A DNA stretch of 64,000 nucleotides from an uncultured Bacteroidales bacterium (GCA_964413185.1 CAYPSX010000001.1:2883-66882); one strand, 5' to 3'. Shown: positions 8,484-18,686, numbered from the stretch's first letter. Numbers and translations are program-made. Notes: generated by a model not told the origin, from the sequence alone.

Positions 8484-9170
8484 TTATTTATTTCTGGTAA
8501 GATCAATCAAGTAATGATATAATAAAACAGGGCTTTTTTGTAATACCCGGGGATGAGTGGAAGATAACTTTTCAACAAAAGGAAAAGTTTGATTTCCAGT
8601 CAGGATTTCTTCCTCGCCAGTCCAATCTATTGTTTCATCAGTATTATTTTGAGATAATTCTTTAATCCAATTATTTATTTTTCCAATCCATTCGTGAGAA
8701 CTTCTACTTTGAATGTATCCAAACATTCCACATACTTTAAGATGAGATGAATGGTGTCCCCTTTTGAACCGCTCAATACCACCGCGTATTCCGCAAACAT
8801 ACTCCTTATTATTTGATGATTCGGAAAATCGTTTAGCTTCGAATTCAATTATCGGTAATGGCTTATGAGTTCGAGACATTACAAAAACACCAATATCTGT
8901 CTCCTTTTCCGATTCTGGTTGGGTTGGATTTTTACTGAATCGAAAAGGGAAATAGCTTTCAGTTTCATTTTTACAAAGCTCAAAATGCATTATTAGTGTA
9001 TCACTTATGCGATTCTCCTTCTCTGAGTCTTTGGTTAATTGGTAGTAGCCGGGGAAATCAGAAATATATTTATCGATAAACGACAATATTATATCGACCT
9101 CGAAATTTGACTCTACACTCAAATCATTCGGTTTTGGGGACTGGTATGATGGTAAAGAATCTCTAAGCAT
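8484..9170 (-). CDS. Hypothetical protein with a PD-(D/E)xK-like nuclease motif, coupled to the methyltransferase
   Basis: ETDIGV...IIEFEAKR resembles D...E-x-K. The likely start is ATG 9170, which overlaps the MTase end by 8 nt. The functional call is an inference. Confidence 0.55.
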   Translation of the reverse strand: MLRDSLPSYQSPKPNDLSVESNFEVDIILSFIDKYISDFPGYYQLTKDSEKENRISDTLIMHFELCKNETESYFPFRFSKNPTQPESEKETDIGVFVMSRTHKPLPIIEFEAKRFSESSNNKEYVCGIRGGIERFKRGHHSSHLKVCGMFGYIQSRSSHEWIGKINNWIKELSQNNTDETIDWTGEEEILTGNQTFPFVEKLSSTHPRVLQKSPVLLYHYLIDLTRNK

Positions 9171-12063
9171 TATGATAACGGGATTTAATATAATCGGCAA
9201 AAGTTTCATCTGCATCCCTTAATGCAATAGATGGTAACCAATAACGTAATTGTTTGGGTTTGGCTAAAATAATTGAGTCGGGTCCATAAGCCATAATAAT
9301 GCGTTGTATATGTGTTTTTTGCTGATTTTCTTTGCGAGTTGGAATTGCTGCTGCAATATATTGCTCTAAATCAGCAGTTTTTTCTTGTTTAGGAACTAAT
9401 TTCTCAGAAGAATAATCAAAATGTAATGCGTAATATTTCCCGGCATCTATAATTTTAAATAGTTGGAATGATTTTTCTTTTTGGTAGATACTGTTGAGCG
9501 TTTTGCAGAAAAATTCATTGTACCTGTAGATTTCGTTTGCAGAAACGATCTTTTCCAAACTGTTTCCGGAACCAGAATTTAAGAAATAATCCATAGCGTC
9601 ATTTAAAATCACTTCTTCAGCCTCTGATAACTTCACATCATTAATATCTTCAGGGTAGGGAATGTTTAAAATATCTTCATCATATAAAGAGGTCGCTTTA
9701 ATTATCTTAACCCGACTACTTGTCGCTAATATAAAAAAACGCAGTAAAGTATCGTTAGACTTAATATACGCTTCTAATCTTTTTAGCTCATCAGAAGAGT
9801 CTATTGGCGAATGTATCGCCAGAATATCACTCTTAAAAACAAGATCTTTCCCAACATATTCAACTATTAGTTGATTTGGAGGTAAAATCTTTCTAATAAG
9901 TAAATGTGGCGCTTTAAAAATATTAGGATTGGTTCTTCTATGAAACTTCTCAATCGAACAACTTTCAACCAAATTGTAGTTTATTCCTTCTTCAGAAAAT
10001 GCACTTGTGGGGAGGTATGGCAGACCTGTAATGTAATCTAAATGTTTCCCTTTCTTGTTTTCAATAAATCCCTCACCTTTTATCCATCCCTCACCTTTTT
10101 TACTGTTTATAAAACTCCCTAGTCTACGTGCTTTGGATAATCGTTCCAGCAATTGTACCAACCTTCCTCCCCCCATTAAATTAGCCTTCCATACATAAGG
10201 ATTATTTATGACAGAATCTTTAGGAACAAAGTGAAAATCATAATGGTCAAATTCTAAAAAAAGCCTATTCGCATTTGAAAATGTTCTGTTTGCAACAAGA
10301 TGTAAAACATCTTTATTGTCAGGTAAGGCTTTTTGAATAAAAACAGCGGCTGTGGCTACAATTTTCCTACCCCAAAGCTTATCGGCCAGCTTTGTAAAAT
10401 CTATTACCTGTAACAAGTTATTTTGAGAAAACAATTCTTGCTTAAAGCGTTGGTCTTTTTGATAAAGGATAGGACCTGATGGTTGAATTAAACATAAAAC
10501 AGCGTCTTCTTTTAGTAATTTCAATGATTGAACAAGGAAGTGTAAGGCAGGATTTTCATCAGGAATATGTAATTTGCTTTCGTATCCAAATTTTTCTTTT
10601 AATTGTTTGAAATGTTTTTTTCTACTTGGCTCTTTGCCATTTACAGGAGGGAGGTTAAACGGCGGATTTCCAATCACTAAGTCGAAATCGGCCTTAGGGT
10701 TATCCGTTATGAAAGCAAAAAAATCGTGCGTAAGAATATTTTGACTTAAGTCGGGGAATTTCAATTTTTCCCAGGTTTGTGAATTTAAATCCACTTCATC
10801 TAAAACGGCTAATGCCAAACTAAAAACAGAAAGACGAACGGCATCCTGCTCAATATCAACACCATGGATGTTTTTTAATAAAAGTTTCTTTAATGTGGTT
10901 AATGATGGTTTAATAAGCTTTCCTGTTTTCTTCCATTGCTCGTACCGCCACCATTGTACAATGCGTTTGTAGGTTTTCACAAGAAATATTCCTGAACCGC
11001 AACTAATGTCAATTAATTTAAAATCATTCTTTGGTTGCTTTAATGGCATGCACTCGTCAACTAAAGTGCTAACAATCATTTCGGGCGTATATACAATATC
11101 TTTGCTGTCGGTAAGTAATTCTTCATAGACCGAGCTTATAACTTCGACCGGAAGGTGTGAAAAAGAGTATAACCGCCATAAAACATATTGATTGTTTTGA
11201 ATGTTACCATCTAGATAATCTGCTAAGTTATTGACTTCCGATTTCTGAATGGCTTCTCTTTCGGCTTCTTCATCCCATTTGAATATTTGCCCATTAAAAT
11301 CTTTTGATAGTTGGTCTAATAAATCAAGAATTTTTCCTTTACGTATTGTGTCGCAGAAATTTGAACATTGAAAATTTCTCTTAAAATATGTGCCTGCAAA
11401 ATATCCACTTGAACTTTTTTCATCCCTTTCCTCAAGGTACTTAACCAACAAACTCTGCACCAACAACTTTAGTGCAACATGCCTGTCTAAACCCGATTCC
11501 TTTTGAAAATCAGAAAAAACCTTTTTGATCCCTCTTATTAAGTCTCTGGCAGCTGATTCTTCAAACCGGAAATCCTTTTTATCGTGTTGCTCATCCCAAA
11601 ATACTCCGGTGTCAAAATCCTTCGCATTAAATTCTTTAATGGCAGCGCCGGTTTTAGTTAATATTTCTTTTGCATAGCTATTTTTTTCTTCTTTAGGTCT
11701 TTTTCTGGAGTCAAATATGCTTACTGAGGATTTCTCAATGATAAGATAAGCCGGAACCTGAAAACCATTCCACATTCGGATGTGAATTTCATTTTTCTTC
11801 TCATTTGTCAGTACATTATCAGTGTAGTCAAATAAATACAATTGAGGGACTGAAGCTCTGCCATCTTGAAAATGACGAAAATATACGGCGTCAGCTTTAA
11901 ATTTTGTTTTGGCGGTTTCTAATGCAAAAAGAATATTGGGAGTTGCTAAGTTTGGGTTGATGTTTTCGTAATCATTTGTCAACAGAATACCACTAGCCTC
12001 ATTATCTTTAATTAATGAGAAGTTTAAGTTAGCTATTTGGTGTTCAAATAATTGTGTCGACAT
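9163..12063 (-). CDS. N6-adenine DNA methyltransferase (gamma class, Type I/IIG-like), 966 aa
   Basis: SAM-binding DISCGSGIFL, HGVDIE and catalytic VIGNPPF; VYTPEMIV; C-terminal TRD-like region; long N-terminal domain. Confidence 0.88.
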   Translation of the reverse strand: MSTQLFEHQIANLNFSLIKDNEASGILLTNDYENINPNLATPNILFALETAKTKFKADAVYFRHFQDGRASVPQLYLFDYTDNVLTNEKKNEIHIRMWNGFQVPAYLIIEKSSVSIFDSRKRPKEEKNSYAKEILTKTGAAIKEFNAKDFDTGVFWDEQHDKKDFRFEESAARDLIRGIKKVFSDFQKESGLDRHVALKLLVQSLLVKYLEERDEKSSSGYFAGTYFKRNFQCSNFCDTIRKGKILDLLDQLSKDFNGQIFKWDEEAEREAIQKSEVNNLADYLDGNIQNNQYVLWRLYSFSHLPVEVISSVYEELLTDSKDIVYTPEMIVSTLVDECMPLKQPKNDFKLIDISCGSGIFLVKTYKRIVQWWRYEQWKKTGKLIKPSLTTLKKLLLKNIHGVDIEQDAVRLSVFSLALAVLDEVDLNSQTWEKLKFPDLSQNILTHDFFAFITDNPKADFDLVIGNPPFNLPPVNGKEPSRKKHFKQLKEKFGYESKLHIPDENPALHFLVQSLKLLKEDAVLCLIQPSGPILYQKDQRFKQELFSQNNLLQVIDFTKLADKLWGRKIVATAAVFIQKALPDNKDVLHLVANRTFSNANRLFLEFDHYDFHFVPKDSVINNPYVWKANLMGGGRLVQLLERLSKARRLGSFINSKKGEGWIKGEGFIENKKGKHLDYITGLPYLPTSAFSEEGINYNLVESCSIEKFHRRTNPNIFKAPHLLIRKILPPNQLIVEYVGKDLVFKSDILAIHSPIDSSDELKRLEAYIKSNDTLLRFFILATSSRVKIIKATSLYDEDILNIPYPEDINDVKLSEAEEVILNDAMDYFLNSGSGNSLEKIVSANEIYRYNEFFCKTLNSIYQKEKSFQLFKIIDAGKYYALHFDYSSEKLVPKQEKTADLEQYIAAAIPTRKENQQKTHIQRIIMAYGPDSIILAKPKQLRYWLPSIALRDADETFADYIKSRYHNA

Positions 12064-12089
12064 ATTAACTATTCAGATAATCGTATTAA

Positions 12090-12097
12090 CAAAAATA
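12090..12097 (-). promoter_or_regulatory. Sigma-A -7 element (TATTTTTG) upstream of the MTase
   Basis: Matches TAnnTTTG, 27 nt upstream of the ATG. Confidence 0.55.
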
Positions 12098-12277
12098 CGT
12101 TTTTTATACATGATTCACTAAAATTAACTATCCATTTTCTATTTGGTCAAAAGGCAACGAATCTGAATTTGATCTTTTTATTAACCTGCATCATTTTTGA
12201 ATAATCTGTAATTTCAACCATAAAATAAACTGAGAGTATATAACAAAATCATTCCCTTTTAAAGCAAATTAAAACTA

Positions 12278-12979
12278 TCACACATTCCGTAAAACTTCGG
12301 CGGCGCAGAAGCATCCGAACACATTGGGCATGTACGAAATTGTGCCCACGTTTGAGGCTTTGTTTGTGCCATTTTCGAGTTGTACGGCTTCTTTTTGAAC
12401 TATTTCGGGCGAAAAAACGGCTTTCACTCCTTTTCTGATGCCTAATTTGTACAACCGCTTGCGCACCATTCGGGCAAGCTGGCAATGATGTGTTTTACTA
12501 ATGTCGGCCACCTGAACCTGCCCCGGATCGGTTTTCCCTCCACTGCCCATGGAGCTGATAATCGGGATGTTCATTTGTTTACAATGATAAATCAGATCAA
12601 CTTTGGGCGTTAATGTATCAATGGCATCCACAACATAATCGAATCCGGTTTCCAACACCTCTTTTATTCGCTGATCGCGCAAATATTCATTAAGAACAGT
12701 CAAGTCAAGTTGTGGATTGATATCCATAAGCCGGGCAGCCATTACATCGACTTTGTTTTTGTCGATGGTTGAATGCAGCGCGGGCAGTTGCCGGTTTATG
12801 TTTGTTGGTTCAACGGAATCTGCATCAACTATGGTTAAATGACCGATGCCGCCGCGCACCAATTGTTCTGCGGTTGATGCACCAACACCGCCAATGCCCA
12901 CCACAAGTACGCGCTTTGATTTCAGTTGATTTAGTTTTTCTTTTCCCAGCAATAAAGCTGTTCGCTCATTCCAGCTCAT
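12278..12979 (-). CDS. tcdA: tRNA threonylcarbamoyladenosine dehydratase (ThiF/E1-like)
   Basis: VVGIGGVG, DADSVEPTNINRQ, DAIDT, SSMGSGGKTDP and C-terminal GTISYMPNVFG motifs. Confidence 0.88.
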   Translation of the reverse strand: MSWNERTALLLGKEKLNQLKSKRVLVVGIGGVGASTAEQLVRGGIGHLTIVDADSVEPTNINRQLPALHSTIDKNKVDVMAARLMDINPQLDLTVLNEYLRDQRIKEVLETGFDYVVDAIDTLTPKVDLIYHCKQMNIPIISSMGSGGKTDPGQVQVADISKTHHCQLARMVRKRLYKLGIRKGVKAVFSPEIVQKEAVQLENGTNKASNVGTISYMPNVFGCFCAAEVLRNV

Positions 12980-13628
12980 GGGACAGGTGTTTAAAAAGTT
13001 TGTTGAAATTTTGTTCTATTTGGTTTTCTAAAGCGGCTAAATCTCCATTAAAAAAGGGCAAAAATGCTTCGTAAACTAATTTTATATCAATATCAGCCTC
13101 ATCGGTTTCAAAAAACACGCGGTTTGCCGGAATTTTTTGAAGCATGTTTTTCATTTTTTTGTGCGGATTTATTATCGCTTCGCCTAATGAGAAAAACACC
13201 GGATAGTCCAGTAATTGTTCCATTTGTTGGTCATTTCCGCGGAATCCGTGAAAGATGAACTTTAAACTATTATATTTTTTGATAAACGGGAAAATATCAG
13301 CTTGTGTTTTAACCTGATGAATAATAACCGGTAAATTTAATTCCCGGGCAAGTTTCAGTTGTTGCTCTAATACATTTTTTTGTTTTTCAAGGTCAGGGCC
13401 TTTTGCACGGTCGAGCCCGCATTCGCCAATAGCTGCCAAACCTTTTGGGCAATTGTTTTTAAATTTTTTGGATAAAATTTCAACATTTTTCGAATTCGAC
13501 CACCACGGATGCTCACCGATAGAAAAAACATTAAATTCTATGTTTTTGGATGACAAAAAATCGGCTGCATGCACGTTTACAATGCACTTCCACGATCGGG
13601 GCCGATGCGTATGAATATCTATCAGCAT
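12966..13628 (-). CDS. TatD family hydrolase
   Basis: IDIHTH, GEHPW, AIGECGLD, PVIIH, IFHGF and FFETD motifs. Confidence 0.88.
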   Translation of the reverse strand: MLIDIHTHRPRSWKCIVNVHAADFLSSKNIEFNVFSIGEHPWWSNSKNVEILSKKFKNNCPKGLAAIGECGLDRAKGPDLEKQKNVLEQQLKLARELNLPVIIHQVKTQADIFPFIKKYNSLKFIFHGFRGNDQQMEQLLDYPVFFSLGEAIINPHKKMKNMLQKIPANRVFFETDEADIDIKLVYEAFLPFFNGDLAALENQIEQNFNKLFKHLSHELE

Positions 13629-13635
13629 AGAAAAT

Positions 13636-14790
13636 TCAGACCTGTTTTAATCGTTCTATAGCTTTTTCCACAGTATCTTGCGGACGGGCAAAGCAAAAAC
13701 GTAAAATTCCGTAATTGGTTTGATCGTGAGAATAAGCTGATAGAGGAATGCCGGCTACACCGTGTTCCTTAATTAATTTCAGCGCCATATCTTTGTCTGA
13801 CAGGTTATCGGGGTTTTCATATTTAACGGGCTGAAAAATACCTGATTTTACCGGTATAGGCTCAAACGAAGTTTCTTTCAGTTTACTAAACAGGAAATCG
13901 CGTTTTTCTGCAAATTTGCGGGCATTTGCGGCAAAATCTACACCGTTTGACAAATATTCATCGAGGGCAAACTGCGCGGGTGTGTTCACATTAAAGGCAA
14001 TATACTGATGCAGTTTCCGGAATTCGTGCATTAAATCTTCCGGGGCAAGGCAATAACCTACGCGCCAGCCGGTAATTTGAAATGTTTTGCCAAATCCGCC
14101 TACCACGAAGCTCCGTTTTATAAGTTCTTTGTTTTTGGCAATGGAGTGATGTTCGTAGCCATCATAAACTAAAAATTGCAAACTTTCATCGGCCAAAATC
14201 ATGATGTCGGTTCCGTTAACTATTCGCTGTAACTCTTCCAGGTCGTGTGCTTTTAAAATTCGGCCTGTTGGGTTGTGCGGATTATTGATGATGATAAACC
14301 GTGTTTTGGGCGAAATTAGACGTTGAACTTTTGACCAGTCAATATGAAAATCGGGTTGTTCGAGCTCTGCGTACACAGGTTTGCCGTGGTTAATTTCAAC
14401 AGTTGGTGCAAAAAGATCGTATGAAGGCTCAAAAACAATAACTTCATCGTTATCGCGAACCATGGTAGACAAAATTGTGTAGATGGCCTGCGATGCACCG
14501 GCTGTAATGGTTATTTCGCTACTCGGGTCGTAGACGCATCCGTATTGCTCTTTAAAAATTTGGCCGATATTTCGCCTGAGCCCCTTATGCCCGTTAGATG
14601 AAAGGTAATAATTGCGATCTTCATCGATATGTTTTTTTAGCAAGCGTGCCAAATCGTGGTTCATTTCAAAATTAGGAAAGCCCCGCGCTAAATCCAACGC
14701 CCTGTATTCGTTAAAAAGCCTGGAGACTTCTGTGAATATCATTGTGCCGTAATCGGCAATTTTTCCTCGGATGGTATGATTAAACTCCAT
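13636..14790 (-). CDS. PLP-dependent class I/II aminotransferase (YbdL-like)
   Basis: ITITAGASQA, INNPHNPTG, ADES and GFGKTFQITGWRVGY (PLP lysine). Confidence 0.85.
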   Translation of the reverse strand: MEFNHTIRGKIADYGTMIFTEVSRLFNEYRALDLARGFPNFEMNHDLARLLKKHIDEDRNYYLSSNGHKGLRRNIGQIFKEQYGCVYDPSSEITITAGASQAIYTILSTMVRDNDEVIVFEPSYDLFAPTVEINHGKPVYAELEQPDFHIDWSKVQRLISPKTRFIIINNPHNPTGRILKAHDLEELQRIVNGTDIMILADESLQFLVYDGYEHHSIAKNKELIKRSFVVGGFGKTFQITGWRVGYCLAPEDLMHEFRKLHQYIAFNVNTPAQFALDEYLSNGVDFAANARKFAEKRDFLFSKLKETSFEPIPVKSGIFQPVKYENPDNLSDKDMALKLIKEHGVAGIPLSAYSHDQTNYGILRFCFARPQDTVEKAIERLKQV

Positions 14791-14861
14791 GAATTATTTT
14801 TTAATGGCATCTGTTATAAAAACAACTTGACATGCATTTCGTTGCAAAAATAGGCAAAGTT

Positions 14862-15572
14862 TTAATGATTAAAAACTTGTTTTAAAATGTCGTAAGATTT
14901 TAATTGATTAACATTCAGGTGGATGCGGTAAAAGTCTAAAATTCGTGATAAAAGTTCCTGCAAAACTTCATGTTTGAGCTTAAGTTTATAAAACGCCGAG
15001 ATTTTTGTTTGCAGTAGTTCATCGAATGGTTCGCTTATGTTTTGAGGTATTGTGTCGTGCATAATTTGGCCTACATACGTGCCCTCGGACGGGGAAAAAT
15101 ATGAAGAAGCCTCACCTCTTTGTCCGGGATAAAAACCCAGAAAACGTGTCAAATGTACGAGAAAAACAACATGAAAAGCATTAAAATTCTCTGTTTGTTG
15201 ATCGTAAAGATGAAAAGCATGGGTAAGAAAAGAAAATAGCTCCGGGTCAGGCTCATGCTCCGGTATTACTTTACCCATAATTTCGGCCAGAAACTGAGCA
15301 ACAGTACCTTTAGCCACAGAAAACGGAATATGGCGGTATGGTGCCGCAAAACGAATCTGGCTGATGCGTTGTATCGCCTTTTGATTTTGGTGGTTTATTT
15401 CAAAACTTAAATGAAAAAGAGGTTGGTAATAGTTGGAACTGCCTTTTTTACGATTTCTGCGCACCATGGCTGCAATTCGTCCAAAATCTTTTGTGTATAA
15501 ATGAAGAATACTTTGGCTGTCGCTGTAACGTATTACCCGTAACACAACAGCTTCGGTTGTTGTGTTGCTCAT
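14862..15572 (-). CDS. recO: DNA repair protein RecO
   Basis: TEAVVLRVIRYSDSQSILHLYTKDFG N-terminus; FLVHLTRFLGFYP; LKSYDILKQVF. Confidence 0.9.
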   Translation of the reverse strand: MSNTTTEAVVLRVIRYSDSQSILHLYTKDFGRIAAMVRRNRKKGSSNYYQPLFHLSFEINHQNQKAIQRISQIRFAAPYRHIPFSVAKGTVAQFLAEIMGKVIPEHEPDPELFSFLTHAFHLYDQQTENFNAFHVVFLVHLTRFLGFYPGQRGEASSYFSPSEGTYVGQIMHDTIPQNISEPFDELLQTKISAFYKLKLKHEVLQELLSRILDFYRIHLNVNQLKSYDILKQVFNH

Positions 15573-17890
15573 TTGCTCACTACAAAAATTTTGGTGGCTC
15601 CGCGTTCCTCCCCTGCAATGGTGGAGGCATAAATCATATAAACCCCTGTACTAACCCGCTGGTTTCTGAAATCGCGCATGTTCCATAGGGCTGTACCACC
15701 TTTGGTTTCTGTTTCAAAAATGATATTCCCGGCAACATCGGCAATCTTCACTTTCATTTTATCTGTGAGTCCTGTGATAGTAATAAATTCGTTGTAATCT
15801 TCGTGCACCGGATTTGGATATGCTCGCATGTTGGAAATAGAGGCATCGGCCTCAATAATTCCGCTGTAGTATGCAATTACGCCTTTATCCGTGGCGAAAT
15901 AGACCCATCCCTTCTGATGATCAATACCGATGTCGCGTATATAATTAGATAACAACGGGCTGTTTTCGGTATTCAGGTTTAAAATTTGTTCTGTACCTTC
16001 TTCTGAAATCAGGAATACTCCGCCCGATACTGTGCCGATCCATTTTTGATTGCCGGCATCAACAGCAATGGCTGATACTGTTTCATGCTCAAGCAAATAT
16101 TGTGCAATGCCGTCTTTTTCAACAATAATTCGCGATGCCTGCAAATCGTAGTCAAAAACCGATTCTGCATCGTAATAAACGCCAATTCCGCCTTCTCCCA
16201 GGCCTAACCAAATATAATTTGTTTTATCGACAGTAAGGGTGGTAATATTGGAACTCAAAACACTATTGTCGCTTCCAATGGCTCTGAAGCGTTTGTATCC
16301 GTTAGCTATATCGCCGGACTTAAGTTTTTCCGGGTCAAAGGCAACCAGTCCGTAGTCATCTTCAATAAACCACAAATGTCCCCAGGGCGTTGTGATTAGC
16401 GACTTTGTATATGCATTGGAAATTGTGCCTCCTAAATTAAAGCTTTCCCATTCGTTGTTGTTTTTGTATACATTAAGTGGATTCATTACACCATTGGTGG
16501 TTACCCACACATCGCCTTGTTGATCGAACTGAATTCCTGTTGTAAGAATGTAATTTCCTACATAATTGTTGATGTTTGCCAATGAGCTGTTTTCTGTATG
16601 AAAATGGTTCAAAACATTAGTGTCGCGCATTTCTACAACTCCAAAACCGTAAGATGAGGCAAAAATATGTGAATTATCTCCCGGGTCGAATGCAGCATAG
16701 TTTAAGTTTTTAATGTTTGCTAATGCTGAAATATTTCTGCCGTTAATGTTTTTCCATTGACCATCAAACAAATACATACCCAAGCCATTTGTTTTAGTGC
16801 CGGGCATTCCTCCGGTTACGAGAACTTTTCCGCGTGAAGTTACAATTTGGTTGGCGCTATTGGAAAACGGGGAGTTGGGAACCAACAGGTATTCATCGCC
16901 ATTTTCTTCGGCTACAACACCATATTCAGGGTCGGCCATAAAAAATCCATGCCTATAAAGGGCATCGGCCGGGGCTCCCCAATAATCATTATACCCCTGG
17001 AACCAATAATTGCCCACGTGATTCATGGAGTTATTGTAGGCGGTAATTCGCTGGTTGGTTATTATGATGTTGTTGTTTCCACGCTGGTCTAACTGGTGCA
17101 CATCAAAATCTAAATCTTCAAGAAAACCGTTGTAATTGCCGTTACGGTACTTGTAAATTTTTTCTGATTCATTTTTATATTCATTTCGTGCAACAAAAAG
17201 GGTATCGCCAATGAGTTCTGCATATAAAAACTCCGCTGAATCGCCATCGGGAATTTTTGTTGCTTTGCTCCAGTTCTGATAATTGTGCAGGTTGATACCT
17301 GTACGTTGTGCCACATACAGCCCTTTATCTGTTGGTACCCAAATGCTGTCAAAGGCAACGGTAACATCGTTCGGAGTTACCGGATTTTGACTTGTACCCA
17401 GGAAGTATGTGCTTTGTATTTCACGTTGCGGCACATTTATTATAACCAAACCAAAGTCGCATGCAAGAAATGCAGTATCTCCATAAAAATGAATGTTTTT
17501 TATCGTTTTGGAACTCAGTGAAGTGTTTTGTTCAATATCAGGTATGGTTTCTACCCGGTCTTCAAATAAATAATCAATGTTTCCGCTGGTATAGCCAATC
17601 ATTAAAAAACCATGATCGCGGGCATATTTAATTTTACTGATGTTGATATCAGAAAGACCTTGTACTGTAGAATAGGTTGTAAACTCTCCCGATTGAATTT
17701 TATATTCAAAAATGTTGTTTGATGTAGCAGCAAATAGTGTATATTCAAATTCCTCAACCTGCGTTACACTTCTATTGGATAGATGGCTGGACCATTGGCC
17801 AATATCGTAATTCTGAGCTTTAACCGGTACGGAAAATAAGAGCGAGATACATGATAATGACCAAAAGATTTGGTGGAGGGTTCTACTCAT
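15569..17890 (-). CDS. porZ: PorZ-like beta-propeller protein with a T9SS C-terminal domain
   Basis: Signal peptide; propeller repeats (WIGTVSGG, NSPLLSNYIRDIGID); CTD (AYPNPV...IADVAGNII...STGVYMIY); 773 aa; overlaps recO by 4 nt. Confidence 0.75.
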   Translation of the reverse strand: MSRTLHQIFWSLSCISLLFSVPVKAQNYDIGQWSSHLSNRSVTQVEEFEYTLFAATSNNIFEYKIQSGEFTTYSTVQGLSDINISKIKYARDHGFLMIGYTSGNIDYLFEDRVETIPDIEQNTSLSSKTIKNIHFYGDTAFLACDFGLVIINVPQREIQSTYFLGTSQNPVTPNDVTVAFDSIWVPTDKGLYVAQRTGINLHNYQNWSKATKIPDGDSAEFLYAELIGDTLFVARNEYKNESEKIYKYRNGNYNGFLEDLDFDVHQLDQRGNNNIIITNQRITAYNNSMNHVGNYWFQGYNDYWGAPADALYRHGFFMADPEYGVVAEENGDEYLLVPNSPFSNSANQIVTSRGKVLVTGGMPGTKTNGLGMYLFDGQWKNINGRNISALANIKNLNYAAFDPGDNSHIFASSYGFGVVEMRDTNVLNHFHTENSSLANINNYVGNYILTTGIQFDQQGDVWVTTNGVMNPLNVYKNNNEWESFNLGGTISNAYTKSLITTPWGHLWFIEDDYGLVAFDPEKLKSGDIANGYKRFRAIGSDNSVLSSNITTLTVDKTNYIWLGLGEGGIGVYYDAESVFDYDLQASRIIVEKDGIAQYLLEHETVSAIAVDAGNQKWIGTVSGGVFLISEEGTEQILNLNTENSPLLSNYIRDIGIDHQKGWVYFATDKGVIAYYSGIIEADASISNMRAYPNPVHEDYNEFITITGLTDKMKVKIADVAGNIIFETETKGGTALWNMRDFRNQRVSTGVYMIYASTIAGEERGATKIFVVSK

Positions 17891-18067
17891 AGCATTATTT
17901 ATTAATCAAATATTTTAAGATAATGTCAATTTTATTTGATGGCAAAGAAAAATACATTATCGTTTTTATTAACTAAAAAACACAAAATTTATTTTGTTTT
18001 GGCCAAACAATGTTTGAGAAACAGAGAATATGTGGAGCAAATTGTATAATTGGTGGCAGCAAGAAAA

Positions 18068-18652
18068 CTACCCGTAGTTTAGTTTTAGATGAGCCACAAG
18101 TCTTTCAAATGCTTTTCCACGGTGACTGAGTTTGTTTTTCTGCTCCGTATCCATTTCTGCAAAGGTAGTGTCATAATTGTCCGGAACAAACACCGGATCG
18201 TAGCCAAAACCTTCGTTTCCGCGGGGTATGGAAATTATTTCTCCATTCACGACACCTTCAAAAAATATGGGTTGGTTATCTTTATCAACAAAACAAATAA
18301 CCGTACGAAAACGTGCTTGCCGGTTGGTTTCACCCTGCATTTCTTTTAGCACTTTTTCCAGGTTTGCTTTGTCGCTTTTGGGTAATCCGGCATAGCGTGC
18401 CGAATACACACCGGGTTTTCCTCCCAGAGCATCTATTTCAAAGCCCGTGTCATCGGCAAAAACCGGTTTTTGAAGTTTTTTGTAAACAAATTGTGCTTTT
18501 TCCAGTGCATTTTCCTGTAATGTGCTGCCATTTTCAGGAATATCTTCTGTAAAACCAACATCTTCGAGGTTTTTTATAGTTGCAAATTTCGAAACCATTT
18601 GTTTGATTTCGTTAGCTTTATGTTGATTGTGGGTTGCGAAAATAATTTCCAT
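18068..18652 (-). CDS. rdgB: Non-canonical purine NTP pyrophosphatase
   Basis: FATHNQHK, ENALEKA, ADDTG, PGVYSARYAG, GFGYDPVF and SHRGKA motifs. Confidence 0.95.
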   Translation of the reverse strand: MEIIFATHNQHKANEIKQMVSKFATIKNLEDVGFTEDIPENGSTLQENALEKAQFVYKKLQKPVFADDTGFEIDALGGKPGVYSARYAGLPKSDKANLEKVLKEMQGETNRQARFRTVICFVDKDNQPIFFEGVVNGEIISIPRGNEGFGYDPVFVPDNYDTTFAEMDTEQKNKLSHRGKAFERLVAHLKLNYG

Positions 18653-18686
18653 AGTACCGGAATTAATCGTGTTAAAAAACTATTAA

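Noticed and set aside
8039-12063. queD next to a DNA-modification gene, suggesting a 7-deazaguanine (Dpd) system
   Set aside because: No dpdA/TGT-like, queC, queE or folE gene is nearby. The enzyme is a standard NPPF adenine MTase, and queD looks like a housekeeping gene linked to polA.
9163-12063. BREX PglX, DISARM or Type I HsdM assignment
   Set aside because: None of the partner genes (pglZ, brxC, drmA/B, hsdR, hsdS) flank it in the window.
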